From: Ignavibacteria bacterium
Lineage (GTDB): Bacteria; Bacteroidota; Ignavibacteria; Tepidaquicellales; Tepidaquicellaceae
Assembly (NCBI GenBank): GCA_039810605.1
Contig: JBDHXH010000004.1
Location: forward strand, 597-64,596
Direction of reading: 5' to 3'
Length of the DNA: 64,000 nt
The notes beneath the pieces are model-generated. The model was given only the letters and a program-made list of their open reading frames with translations, ran no database searches and was not told where the DNA came from. A program made the translations under genes and the position numbers. Numbering within the stretch: the stretch's first letter is position 1; each line of letters opens with the position of its first letter. Of this stretch, positions 46,805 to 55,205 are shown one piece after another.

Positions 46805-48562
46805 TTAATATTTCCTTTCCATCGGCTGATATCTTGTAACAACCACAGGTTTATAGGCTAATTCGGGACCGTCGCCGTTCCTTTTGAAAGAGAATGTATG
46901 CTGCATCCAGTTGCTGTCATCGCGTGCAGGAAAGTCTTCGCGGGTATGAGCTCCACGGCTTTCTTTCCTTGCATAGGCTCCATATACTGTTGCTTCGGCA
47001 TTGACCAAAAGATTTCCGAGCTCCATCGCTTCAACCAATTCCGTGTTGAAAATTTTTCCTTTATCTTGAAGAAAAATATTTTTGTATCGTTCTTTTAACT
47101 CGTGCAGCTTGTCTTTCATTTTCTGCAGACCTTCGCTTGTTCTGAATATTCCGCAGTATTCCATCATAGAATTCTGAAGTTCGGTTCTTATTGTTGCAAT
47201 TCTTTCACTTCCTCCGCCGCTAAGCAATGATGAGATTAAAGATTTTGTCCTTTCATCATCATCATGATGCATGTCTGTGAAGGCTGCCGTTTTCAGAAAT
47301 TTGGTGATTGCTTTTCCCCCTCTTCTTCCGAACACGACGAGATCGAGCAATGAATTTGTTCCGAGTCTGTTTGCTCCGTGCACCGAAACGCAGGCGCACT
47401 CTCCAGCCGCATACAGACCTTTCACTATGGCTCCCTTCTCATTCATGAATACTTCACAATCTGCATTTGTCGGAATTCCGCCCATCGCATAATGTGCAGT
47501 GGGTTGAATCGGGATAGGTTCTTTCGTCGGTTCAACTCCAAGATATGTCCGCGCAAATCCGGTAATCTCCGGCAATTTGTCATCAATGACTTCCTTTCCA
47601 AGATGCGATACATCCAGCAGAACATAGTCCGTGCCGTCGCTTCCCCGTATGCCTCTGCCTTCCCTGATTTCATTTATTATTGCACGCGATACCATATCCC
47701 GCGGAGCAAGATCCATTACCGTCGGCGCATATCGCACCATGAATCTCTCTCCGTCCTTGTTCTTCAAAATTCCGCCTTCGCCTCTTGCGGCTTCACTCAC
47801 CAAAATTCCTAACTTCCACAATCCTGTTGGATGGAACTGATAAAACTCCATATCCTCAAGCGGAATCCCTGCTCTATACGCTAGAGCGGAACCATCGCCT
47901 GTTCCGACGTGAGCATTTGAAGTGATGCGGAAAACTCTGCCATATCCACCCGTGGCAAACAAAACTGCCTTTGCCTGAAAAATATGAACCTCGCTTGTCG
48001 CTATGTCCATTGCTATAACGCCTCTGCAGACTCCATCAGTTACAAGCAACTCTGTTACAAAATATTCAGAAAAAAATGTTACCTGATTCTTAATGCAATT
48101 TTCAAAAAGAGTATGCAGCATTACATGACCTGTCCGGTCGGCAGAATAGCATGAACGCTTTACGGGAACTCTTTTTCCATAAGGATCATTTGGGTCAGCC
48201 GGTCTTGTATGACCTCCGAAATTTCTTTGCGCGATCAGTCCTGCATCATTTCTCGAAAAAGGCATGCCCATGTGCTCAAGTTCAATGATCGCCCTTATTG
48301 CATCCCTGCACATTATCTCAATCGAATCCTGATCGCCGAGATAGTCGCTTCCTTTTACCGTATCGAATACATGATTTTCCCAGTTGTCCTCTTCCATGTT
48401 GGAAAGCGCCGCGCATACTCCGCCCTGCGCTGTTCCCGTATGAGAGCGCGGAGGATAAACTTTTGAAATCACGGCGCAAGAATACTCCTTTGGAATTTCT
48501 GCTGCTGCGCGAAGTCCGGCTCCGCCCGCACCGACAATCACTACATCATAAGATTTTATCAT
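46805..48562 (-). CDS. sdhA: Succinate dehydrogenase / fumarate reductase flavoprotein subunit
   Basis: FAD dinucleotide fold VVIVGAGGAGLRAA. Covalent-FAD histidine context RSHTGTAQGG. Also HPTG and GANRLG motifs. 585 aa, with no Tat signal. Confidence 0.94.
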   Translation of the reverse strand: MIKSYDVVIVGAGGAGLRAAAEIPKEYSCAVISKVYPPRSHTGTAQGGVCAALSNMEEDNWENHVFDTVKGSDYLGDQDSIEIMCRDAIRAIIELEHMGMPFSRNDAGLIAQRNFGGHTRPADPNDPYGKRVPVKRSCYSADRTGHVMLHTLFENCIKNQVTFFSEYFVTELLVTDGVCRGVIAMDIATSEVHIFQAKAVLFATGGYGRVFRITSNAHVGTGDGSALAYRAGIPLEDMEFYQFHPTGLWKLGILVSEAARGEGGILKNKDGERFMVRYAPTVMDLAPRDMVSRAIINEIREGRGIRGSDGTDYVLLDVSHLGKEVIDDKLPEITGFARTYLGVEPTKEPIPIQPTAHYAMGGIPTNADCEVFMNEKGAIVKGLYAAGECACVSVHGANRLGTNSLLDLVVFGRRGGKAITKFLKTAAFTDMHHDDDERTKSLISSLLSGGGSERIATIRTELQNSMMEYCGIFRTSEGLQKMKDKLHELKERYKNIFLQDKGKIFNTELVEAMELGNLLVNAEATVYGAYARKESRGAHTREDFPARDDSNWMQHTFSFKRNGDGPELAYKPVVVTRYQPMERKY

Positions 48563-48651
48563 TTCAGTTATAAAGTTTGTTTACCTATAAAAAATATTCC
48601 TCGTTATCAAAATTTAATTCACTCCTGAATGAAAGCACATAAACAAATTTC

Positions 48652-50274
48652 TCACTCGTCCATTTCCAAAATTGCTCTATAAAGTGAAATCTTTTTTTGA
48701 TTTGACTCCGGAGTTGCATCGTAAGTATTCTTAAGATCCATATAAGACATTATTGCATCGAGCTTCCTTCCTTCTTTCACGGCAATCATTCCCAGATAAT
48801 AGTGCACGTCAGGATTGTAAGAAGCCGTTCCGTTAATCATGAGATCCTTTTCATAAGCAGACTGCAGATATCTCTTTGCAAGTTTGTAATTTTTATTCTT
48901 CTCGTAATAAATTTTACCAAGCTGCGTATATGCATCGGAATAACTCGAATCCAGCGATATCAGTTTTTTGTATTCCTTCACGGCTCTCTTGCTGTCGTTC
49001 ATCTGATTGTATAAATTTGCAATCTGATAATATATAAAATATTGTGTCGTGTCCTGCGCAAGCATCTTCTCATAAAACTGTATTGCCTTAGTATAATCTT
49101 TTGAAGTTGAATATGCCGAAGCCAGACTTGACGAAAGAAGATTTAGCAAACTGTCAGACTGAAATTTCAGCCTTATGTCTTTGTATAAATTTTCTGCTTT
49201 GTGAAAGTTATCGGTGAAAACATACAGGTCCAGCAATTCCTGATAAACCGTGAATGTATCCGGCTTTAACTCTATGCATTTCTCAAAATATTTTTCTGCT
49301 TTGGCAAGCTTTATCCTGTTGACTGAATCCTGACGTACAATAAACGTGTCAGTGGTTTTCATCGTGTCTTTCTGCTTTGAAAAATACCAGTCATACGAAA
49401 GCTGCGACTTAAGTCCTGATGCAATCCTATAATTTGAGTTAAACAGACTCTCCTTCTTCTTTCTGTTCAGTTCTTCATTGTCTGTATAGTCTCCTGACGA
49501 CGCAGTTTTCACCAGGTCCTTGAATCCATTAATGGCAACTGCAAAATTCAGGTTGCCGTATCCCGCGTACGTATATGAAGTAATTCCTATGACCTCACCC
49601 CTTGAATTAAACAATGCCCCGCCGCTGTTACCGGGAGATATTGCCGCAGTAACCTGTATTACTTTGTCAAATGTTTTTTCTTTGTTCTCGTAAGTTTCCG
49701 GATCGGTGAAATTTACTTTCTCATTCATCCGCGTAGCGGCAACTATACCAGAGGATATCGTATATTCAAATCCAAGCGGACTCCCTATTGCAAACACCTG
49801 CTGACCTGCTTTCACCTCATCTGAATTCCCGAGTTCAACCGAAGGAAACTTTCTCTCCCCGGAATCCACAATCTTAATTATGGCAAGATCATTCTTTTCG
49901 TCAACAAGTACCAGCTCTGCCGGATAAAAACTTCCGTCACTCATTTTTACAATCAGACTGTCAATTTTTTCAACGACGTGAAAATTCGTTCCAATGAGAC
50001 CATCTTCGGTAATTATGAATCCGCTTCCGTTAAGCACTGTCGTGTCAACGTGGCTATTTGTCAGATAAGAATAATAATTTTTATTATTCATCCATATTGA
50101 AATCAATGCCGGCTTGAATTTTTCGATGACCTGCTCGGCATTTAATTCCCCGGGTTTCTCATCACCGGTTCCATCTGACACTTGTGATGTCGCACTGCCA
50201 AGAAATCCAATTAATATAAATGCTAAAACACAAAAAAATTTATTCAATATCGCAATCAATAAATTTATATTCAT
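48652..50274 (-). CDS. Trypsin-like S1C serine protease fused to C-terminal TPR repeats
   Basis: N-terminal hydrophobic segment. Triad contexts TNFHVV (His), DLAIIKI (Asp) and GNSGGALFN (Ser). The C-terminal ~250 aa consist of TPR-like repeats in place of PDZ domains. Confidence 0.75.
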   Translation of the reverse strand: MNINLLIAILNKFFCVLAFILIGFLGSATSQVSDGTGDEKPGELNAEQVIEKFKPALISIWMNNKNYYSYLTNSHVDTTVLNGSGFIITEDGLIGTNFHVVEKIDSLIVKMSDGSFYPAELVLVDEKNDLAIIKIVDSGERKFPSVELGNSDEVKAGQQVFAIGSPLGFEYTISSGIVAATRMNEKVNFTDPETYENKEKTFDKVIQVTAAISPGNSGGALFNSRGEVIGITSYTYAGYGNLNFAVAINGFKDLVKTASSGDYTDNEELNRKKKESLFNSNYRIASGLKSQLSYDWYFSKQKDTMKTTDTFIVRQDSVNRIKLAKAEKYFEKCIELKPDTFTVYQELLDLYVFTDNFHKAENLYKDIRLKFQSDSLLNLLSSSLASAYSTSKDYTKAIQFYEKMLAQDTTQYFIYYQIANLYNQMNDSKRAVKEYKKLISLDSSYSDAYTQLGKIYYEKNKNYKLAKRYLQSAYEKDLMINGTASYNPDVHYYLGMIAVKEGRKLDAIMSYMDLKNTYDATPESNQKKISLYRAILEMDE

Positions 50275-50295
50275 ACAAACTATACACTTCCTTTC

Positions 50296-51108
50296 TCACT
50301 TTCCTTTCCATTTTGCTTTCCGCTTTTCCACAAATGCTTTCATGCCCTCAAATTTATCTTCGGTAGCAAACAGCAGATAAAAATTCTTCCGTTCAAATTC
50401 CAGACCGGATTCAATTGTTGAGTCAAACGATTTCAATATGGACTCCTTTGCAAGCTGGACAGCAACTGTTGGTTTCGAGGCAATTTCCTTTGCGAGTTCA
50501 ATTGCTTCTTCAAGGTAAATATTGCTTTCAACTACCTTCGTAACAAGCCCGGCAACAAACATATCTTCTGCTGAAAACATTTTTCCCGTGAGTATCATTT
50601 CCATCGCCCTTGCTTTACCGATTGCTTTGGTCAATCGTTGCGTGCCGCCTGCGCCGGGAATAACCCCGAGATTTATTTCAGGCTGTCCGAACTTTGCGCT
50701 TTCGGCGGCAATAATTATATCGCAAGACATCGCAAGTTCACAGCCGCCGCCGAGGGCAAATCCGCTTACAGCCGCAATTACCGGCTTCTTAATCTTCCGG
50801 ATTCTGTCCCATCTTGCAAATTGATCGCGCAACAGCATCTCAATCGCTCCTGCATCAGCCATTTCTTTTATATCGGCACCGGCAGCAAATGCCTTTTGAT
50901 TGCCTTTCAGCACCATGCATCCAATCTCTCCATTTTTGTCGCATGATTCAAGAGCCTCGACGACTTCTTTCATCAATTCTATGTTTAATGCATTCAATAC
51001 ATCCGGACGATTCAATTGAATTAGACCAACCTTAAGCCCGCTGCCGTTTTCAATTTCAGAAACTAAAATATTTTTATATTCCCCGTCGGAGGATTTGCCT
51101 TCATTCAT
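50296..51108 (-). CDS. Enoyl-CoA hydratase/isomerase (crotonase) family protein
   Basis: FAAGADIKEM, the oxyanion-hole region GFALGGGCELAMSCD, and FGQPEINLGVIPGAGGTQRL. Confidence 0.9.
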   Translation of the reverse strand: MNEGKSSDGEYKNILVSEIENGSGLKVGLIQLNRPDVLNALNIELMKEVVEALESCDKNGEIGCMVLKGNQKAFAAGADIKEMADAGAIEMLLRDQFARWDRIRKIKKPVIAAVSGFALGGGCELAMSCDIIIAAESAKFGQPEINLGVIPGAGGTQRLTKAIGKARAMEMILTGKMFSAEDMFVAGLVTKVVESNIYLEEAIELAKEIASKPTVAVQLAKESILKSFDSTIESGLEFERKNFYLLFATEDKFEGMKAFVEKRKAKWKGK

Positions 51109-51309
51109 TATTTTGGTTGATAAAAATCTTCAGGATTAATGAAGCAAATTACTTACATTGTGCTATAATTACAATGTTAAATGATAATTGAACCGGTAGC
51201 CGCAGCTAGTTGCGGCATAGTTGTTTATGAAAATTTAGAAAGCGATTCTTTGTAAGATGAAGGAGGAAGAATGGAAAAATTTGATCATTGTCTGTAAGCA
51301 TATTGGCGG

Positions 51310-51336
51310 GTCAAAACCGTTTAAAACGGTTTTGAC
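51310..51336 (-). terminator. Perfect 13-bp-arm palindromic hairpin (GTCAAAACCGTTT-A-AAACGGTTTTGAC) just after the SRPBCC gene stop
   Basis: It lies 15 nt beyond the stop at 51351. The loop context GTTTAAAAC is the same as in the 22.1-kb twin hairpins. Confidence 0.5.
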
Positions 51337-51350
51337 GGCTTTCACGCAGG

Positions 51351-51851
51351 CTATACATTGACAAGAATTCCATCATCTTCATTTGTTTCCCGCAAATCAA
51401 TTCCATGCTCGATGACGGATTTCAGATTTGTAAGAAAAAAAACCCAGCAAGCACAGCAATTAATGTAATTGAAATCATCTTTGACGGCTGACTCCTGATA
51501 CTTTTGACTTAACGTGAGGAGAGTTTTCCCGGAGATATTTGTTGAGAGTTTAATCGTAACAATGTACAACGGACTGAATGTAAATTGAAAACATTTGTCT
51601 TTCTCGGATGCAGTGACGATACCTTTGAGCTCATGCTCCTTATTTTTCCATTTCCATAAATACGAATCTCCTTTCTCCGCGACTGCTTCTCCTAATCTGA
51701 TGCTCGAATTTCCGTAATAGTAACTTGCATTTCCCATGAACCATTTTGAAATGCCTGATGATGTTGCAATGTAACTGAAAACTTTTTCGCATGCCGCATT
51801 GATGTATATCGCATGCGTAAATGCTTCCATGTTAAAAGTCTTTTCTGTCAC
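51351..51851 (-). CDS. SRPBCC (START/AHSA1-like) family protein
   Basis: Size is about 160 aa. The pattern ...AIYINAACEKVFSYIATSSGISKWF... is typical of Aha1/BPI-like SRPBCC proteins. The start is uncertain (GTG 51851 or ATG 51830). Confidence 0.6.
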   Translation of the reverse strand: MTEKTFNMEAFTHAIYINAACEKVFSYIATSSGISKWFMGNASYYYGNSSIRLGEAVAEKGDSYLWKWKNKEHELKGIVTASEKDKCFQFTFSPLYIVTIKLSTNISGKTLLTLSQKYQESAVKDDFNYINCCACWVFFLTNLKSVIEHGIDLRETNEDDGILVNV

Positions 51852-51914
51852 GGCTGTTCTTCGGGAGTTTCGTTGAAGGGCAAAAATAAAGAGAGTCCTC
51901 TTGTCATCTGAACA

Positions 51915-52307
51915 TTATTTTGTTAACTGAACCAACACAATTTCATTTCCATAAAGATCAAGAAAGTTCAGCGAGATTGCATCTTCTGTAACTTCCGGAG
52001 GCTTTGTCACTTTCACATTATTATCAATAAACTTCTGCGCAAGTTCTTCAAGCATGTCCGTGTATAACACAAATACAGGCTGTCCCGCTGTCTGATTTCC
52101 AACATTCTTTTTTTGTTCATCCGTTTCGGCTTTCAAAAACCAGACTCCGGCAGTGCTTTCAGAGTTGAATCCTATATGAAGATATCTCCTTCCGAGCTCA
52201 TCTGTCAGATCGAAAAATTTTTTGCATCCAAGATTCTCCTCATAAAATTTAAATGCCTCATCATAATCATTTACAAGAATTACAACTCTGCCGAGTTCTG
52301 TTTTCAT
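51915..52307 (-). CDS. VOC (glyoxalase/bleomycin-resistance/dioxygenase) family protein
   Basis: 130 aa with two beta-alpha-beta-beta-beta half-domains (LGRVVILVNDYDEAFKFYEENLG ... FLDLYGNEIVLVQ). Confidence 0.7.
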   Translation of the reverse strand: MKTELGRVVILVNDYDEAFKFYEENLGCKKFFDLTDELGRRYLHIGFNSESTAGVWFLKAETDEQKKNVGNQTAGQPVFVLYTDMLEELAQKFIDNNVKVTKPPEVTEDAISLNFLDLYGNEIVLVQLTK

Positions 52308-52511
52308 AATTTGAAAAGTTTAATCATGATTATTTGTTAGCGACGCATTTTAGAAATGAAAAGTTTCAATGAAGACCCAAGCTTGTCCGTGAATTTCCGT
52401 GTATAACTGCGGCAGAAGATAATGTTAATGGTTAAAAAGTGAAATGCAGTCTGCCCATTTCAGGAAGACTCTGTTTCAAAGTTGGTTACTGATCCTCCCG
52501 GCGTGTCCTTA

Positions 52512-53684
52512 TTATTTTGTTTTAAGTTTCAAATCAAGATAATAGTCATCAATCCCAAATTGTGACTTCAAATCTTTTATATTCTTAATATTTGAATCCG
52601 TCACATTCGCTGCTTTTTTAACACCGGTTATCATGATATTCTTTGCCGTATGCTCATGCGACACAAATTCAAATACCTTGGTATCATAATCGAAACTCTC
52701 TAATGTCAGCGCTCGCAGACCATCCGTAAGCATTACTGCAAGCCTGTCTTCAAGTATACCGTGCCGGAAAATGCTTCTTAAAGTCCCGGGAACCTTCAAC
52801 TTCTTCCTTAAATATTTGTGACAACACGGAGCAAGAACAATTATTGACGAGTCTGATTCAATCGCCTTGACTATTGCGTCATCTGTTGCCGTATCGCATG
52901 CATGCAGGGCAATCGTAATATCGGCTGCCCTTTTTTCTGCGTTGTATATTTCACTGCTTTCAAATTTAAGCCTCTCAAACCCGCATTGCTCCGCAATCTT
53001 ACTGCATTGCGATACAAGTTCCTTCCTCTGTTCAATTCCCGTCAGGAATACTTTTTTCTTCAATGTATTCTCAAAGTAATCATAAAGCGCAAATGTTATG
53101 TAACTCTTTCCGGATCCCATGTCTGTTATCCTTATCTCATCTTTACCTCGTAGCTCCGAAGCTCTGTATAGTGAATCAACTATTTCTATGAACTTGTCAA
53201 CTTGTCTGAACTTGTCATACATTCCCGTCAATACTTTTCCATCCTTCGATGTAACGCCAAGCAAATGAAAATATTTTGCGTATGAATTTATATACCTGTG
53301 CTTGACTCTGTTGTGTTGCGTATCCTTGTAATTATTTCCTGAATGTTTTCTCTTGTGAAGTATCGGCTTTCCCTTCTTTGAGTAATCAATCGTCAGATCC
53401 TTTTCCGATGTAAACAAGCTTGCGCTGAAAAAATCTTTTCCGGTAATCTCATCAATCAGCCTGATGCCTTTCGCTGTTTCGAAATTTTTAATCTCGTCGC
53501 GAGTCTTATATCTGAATTTAAATGAGAGCTTGTCCTCATTCTTTATTTTTAGAATCGCAGCTTCCGCGTTTTCAAATTCAGGATCGCCTCCTTTGTATTT
53601 CCCGAATTTAATCCTTATAAAGGTTCGCTCCGCAATACTCGCCCTGACTTCAGACATAAAGTCACTCTTCTCTGTTGATATCAT
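52512..53684 (-). CDS. Class I SAM-dependent methyltransferase with an N-terminal extension
   Basis: Motif I ITDMGSGKSYITFALY and post-I/II regions (TGIEQRKEL, ALHACDTATDDAI). The substrate is unknown. Confidence 0.68.
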   Translation of the reverse strand: MISTEKSDFMSEVRASIAERTFIRIKFGKYKGGDPEFENAEAAILKIKNEDKLSFKFRYKTRDEIKNFETAKGIRLIDEITGKDFFSASLFTSEKDLTIDYSKKGKPILHKRKHSGNNYKDTQHNRVKHRYINSYAKYFHLLGVTSKDGKVLTGMYDKFRQVDKFIEIVDSLYRASELRGKDEIRITDMGSGKSYITFALYDYFENTLKKKVFLTGIEQRKELVSQCSKIAEQCGFERLKFESSEIYNAEKRAADITIALHACDTATDDAIVKAIESDSSIIVLAPCCHKYLRKKLKVPGTLRSIFRHGILEDRLAVMLTDGLRALTLESFDYDTKVFEFVSHEHTAKNIMITGVKKAANVTDSNIKNIKDLKSQFGIDDYYLDLKLKTK

Positions 53685-53718
53685 AATGTAAATTCAAACT
53701 TAATGAATTTTCTCAATG

Positions 53719-54906
53719 TCAGTGACTTGCACCGCGCAATCTTCCGGATTTCATTTCTTTCAATATTGCCCTTGCTCCGTTTCCTTTGATAATGTCTCTT
53801 ACGGATTCATTGTCTGCAAATACCTGCCATTCGGTGATAAGGTTGTTCTTTATCTTTGCTCTCCAGGCTGCGGGTATTTCAAATTTATCCGCATCAGTTC
53901 TGTCTTCCGTATTAAAGATCCCTTTTGCTTTTCCGAAAATACCGACTGTGTCATTCGTCAGCAAAGTGTGTCTGATGGTAATTTCATAATCGGGAAACCA
54001 GTTGAAGAATCCTGTCCATGCTTCCTTCATTTCATCCTTTCCCTTTATTACCATTCCAAGTGAGTCGGTAAAAACATGATCTGATGACATCAACTGCTGC
54101 ATTGCATCAATGTCATGATCGTTTATTTTTTCAACAAATGAAATTGCTGTCTTTAAGACATCTAGTTCCTGCATGTCATTTATCGTTTCCATCTTGTCGC
54201 TCTCTTTTCCGAGATAAATTTTTTCCAGATGTTCCTCCACAATCTTGTTTCTGACCTTTCTGACTCTGTAAGCATTTGCGGTCGGACGTGATGTGACTAC
54301 CCGTATCAACTGTGAATCCGCAAAATGAAGCGCAGCGCCGTCTTCAACGCCGAAGCCCTCGCCGATTGACCCGTCAAGTATCAGCTTGTGATATTCTCTC
54401 TTCAACTCTTCTCTGTCTTCATAGTGCGGACAAAAACTTCCGCTAAGTAATCCCAGACAAGGAAGACGCGATAGTGATCCCGGCGCGGGATTTGTTATCC
54501 CGTCCTGAAACCAGCAGATTGCTCCAGCACTCATTCCGGTTAAAATTACCCCGGCATTCCATGCGCGTCTCATCATTTTATCAACACCGAATTTTTTCCA
54601 CGTCTCAATTATGAGTTTTGTGTTTCCGCCGCCGACATGTATAATGTCTTTGTCCATTATAAATGATTCAATGTTTCTCGGCGGATGAGTAAGTGCAAGA
54701 TGCGAAGGCTCGCATTGCATCTGCTCAAAAAAGTTGTAGAACATATCTCTGTATTCCTTGCCATCGTTGCTCGCTGTTCCCATGAAACAAATCTTCGGTC
54801 TCTTTTTCGGAACAAGATCCAAAACGTACTTGTCAAGCAAGCCATTTTCCGGTTCCATCGAAAACATTCCGCCGCCCAGTGCAACTATTTGTTTTACTTT
54901 TCTCAA
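53719..54906 (-). CDS. S51 peptidase (dipeptidase E-like) fused to a C-terminal SnoaL/NTF2-like domain
   Basis: KQIVALGGGMFSMEPENGLLDKYVL, the nucleophile context LTGMSAGAICW, and SFCPHY. The C-terminal ~120 aa (FVEKINDHDIDAMQQLMSSDHVFTD...TGFFNWFPDYEI...) look NTF2-like. I propose the start at TTG 54906. The track's 54984 start adds about 26 non-homologous residues. Confidence 0.68.
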   Translation of the reverse strand: MRKVKQIVALGGGMFSMEPENGLLDKYVLDLVPKKRPKICFMGTASNDGKEYRDMFYNFFEQMQCEPSHLALTHPPRNIESFIMDKDIIHVGGGNTKLIIETWKKFGVDKMMRRAWNAGVILTGMSAGAICWFQDGITNPAPGSLSRLPCLGLLSGSFCPHYEDREELKREYHKLILDGSIGEGFGVEDGAALHFADSQLIRVVTSRPTANAYRVRKVRNKIVEEHLEKIYLGKESDKMETINDMQELDVLKTAISFVEKINDHDIDAMQQLMSSDHVFTDSLGMVIKGKDEMKEAWTGFFNWFPDYEITIRHTLLTNDTVGIFGKAKGIFNTEDRTDADKFEIPAAWRAKIKNNLITEWQVFADNESVRDIIKGNGARAILKEMKSGRLRGASH

Positions 54907-55205
54907 TGTAAATATGGTTTTGAATTTAATCTCGAACCTAAGATAGCAACGATGATTTGCTTTTTCAGTGGAAATACAAATCAATACTTTGCGAACTTTG
55001 CGTGAAAACTTTTTGAATTATGTTATAGACGGGATTTGAATTATCATCTTGTAAAATATTTCACGCAAAAGCGCAATGGCAGCAAAGTTGCCGGATTTTT
55101 TTGAGACTGCTCCTGATTTATCTTGTTGCGGGAAATTGGAACCGAAAGAAAAAACTATGAATGAATGTTTATAATTTCATGCCTATCATTAGATTTCAAA
55201 ATTCT

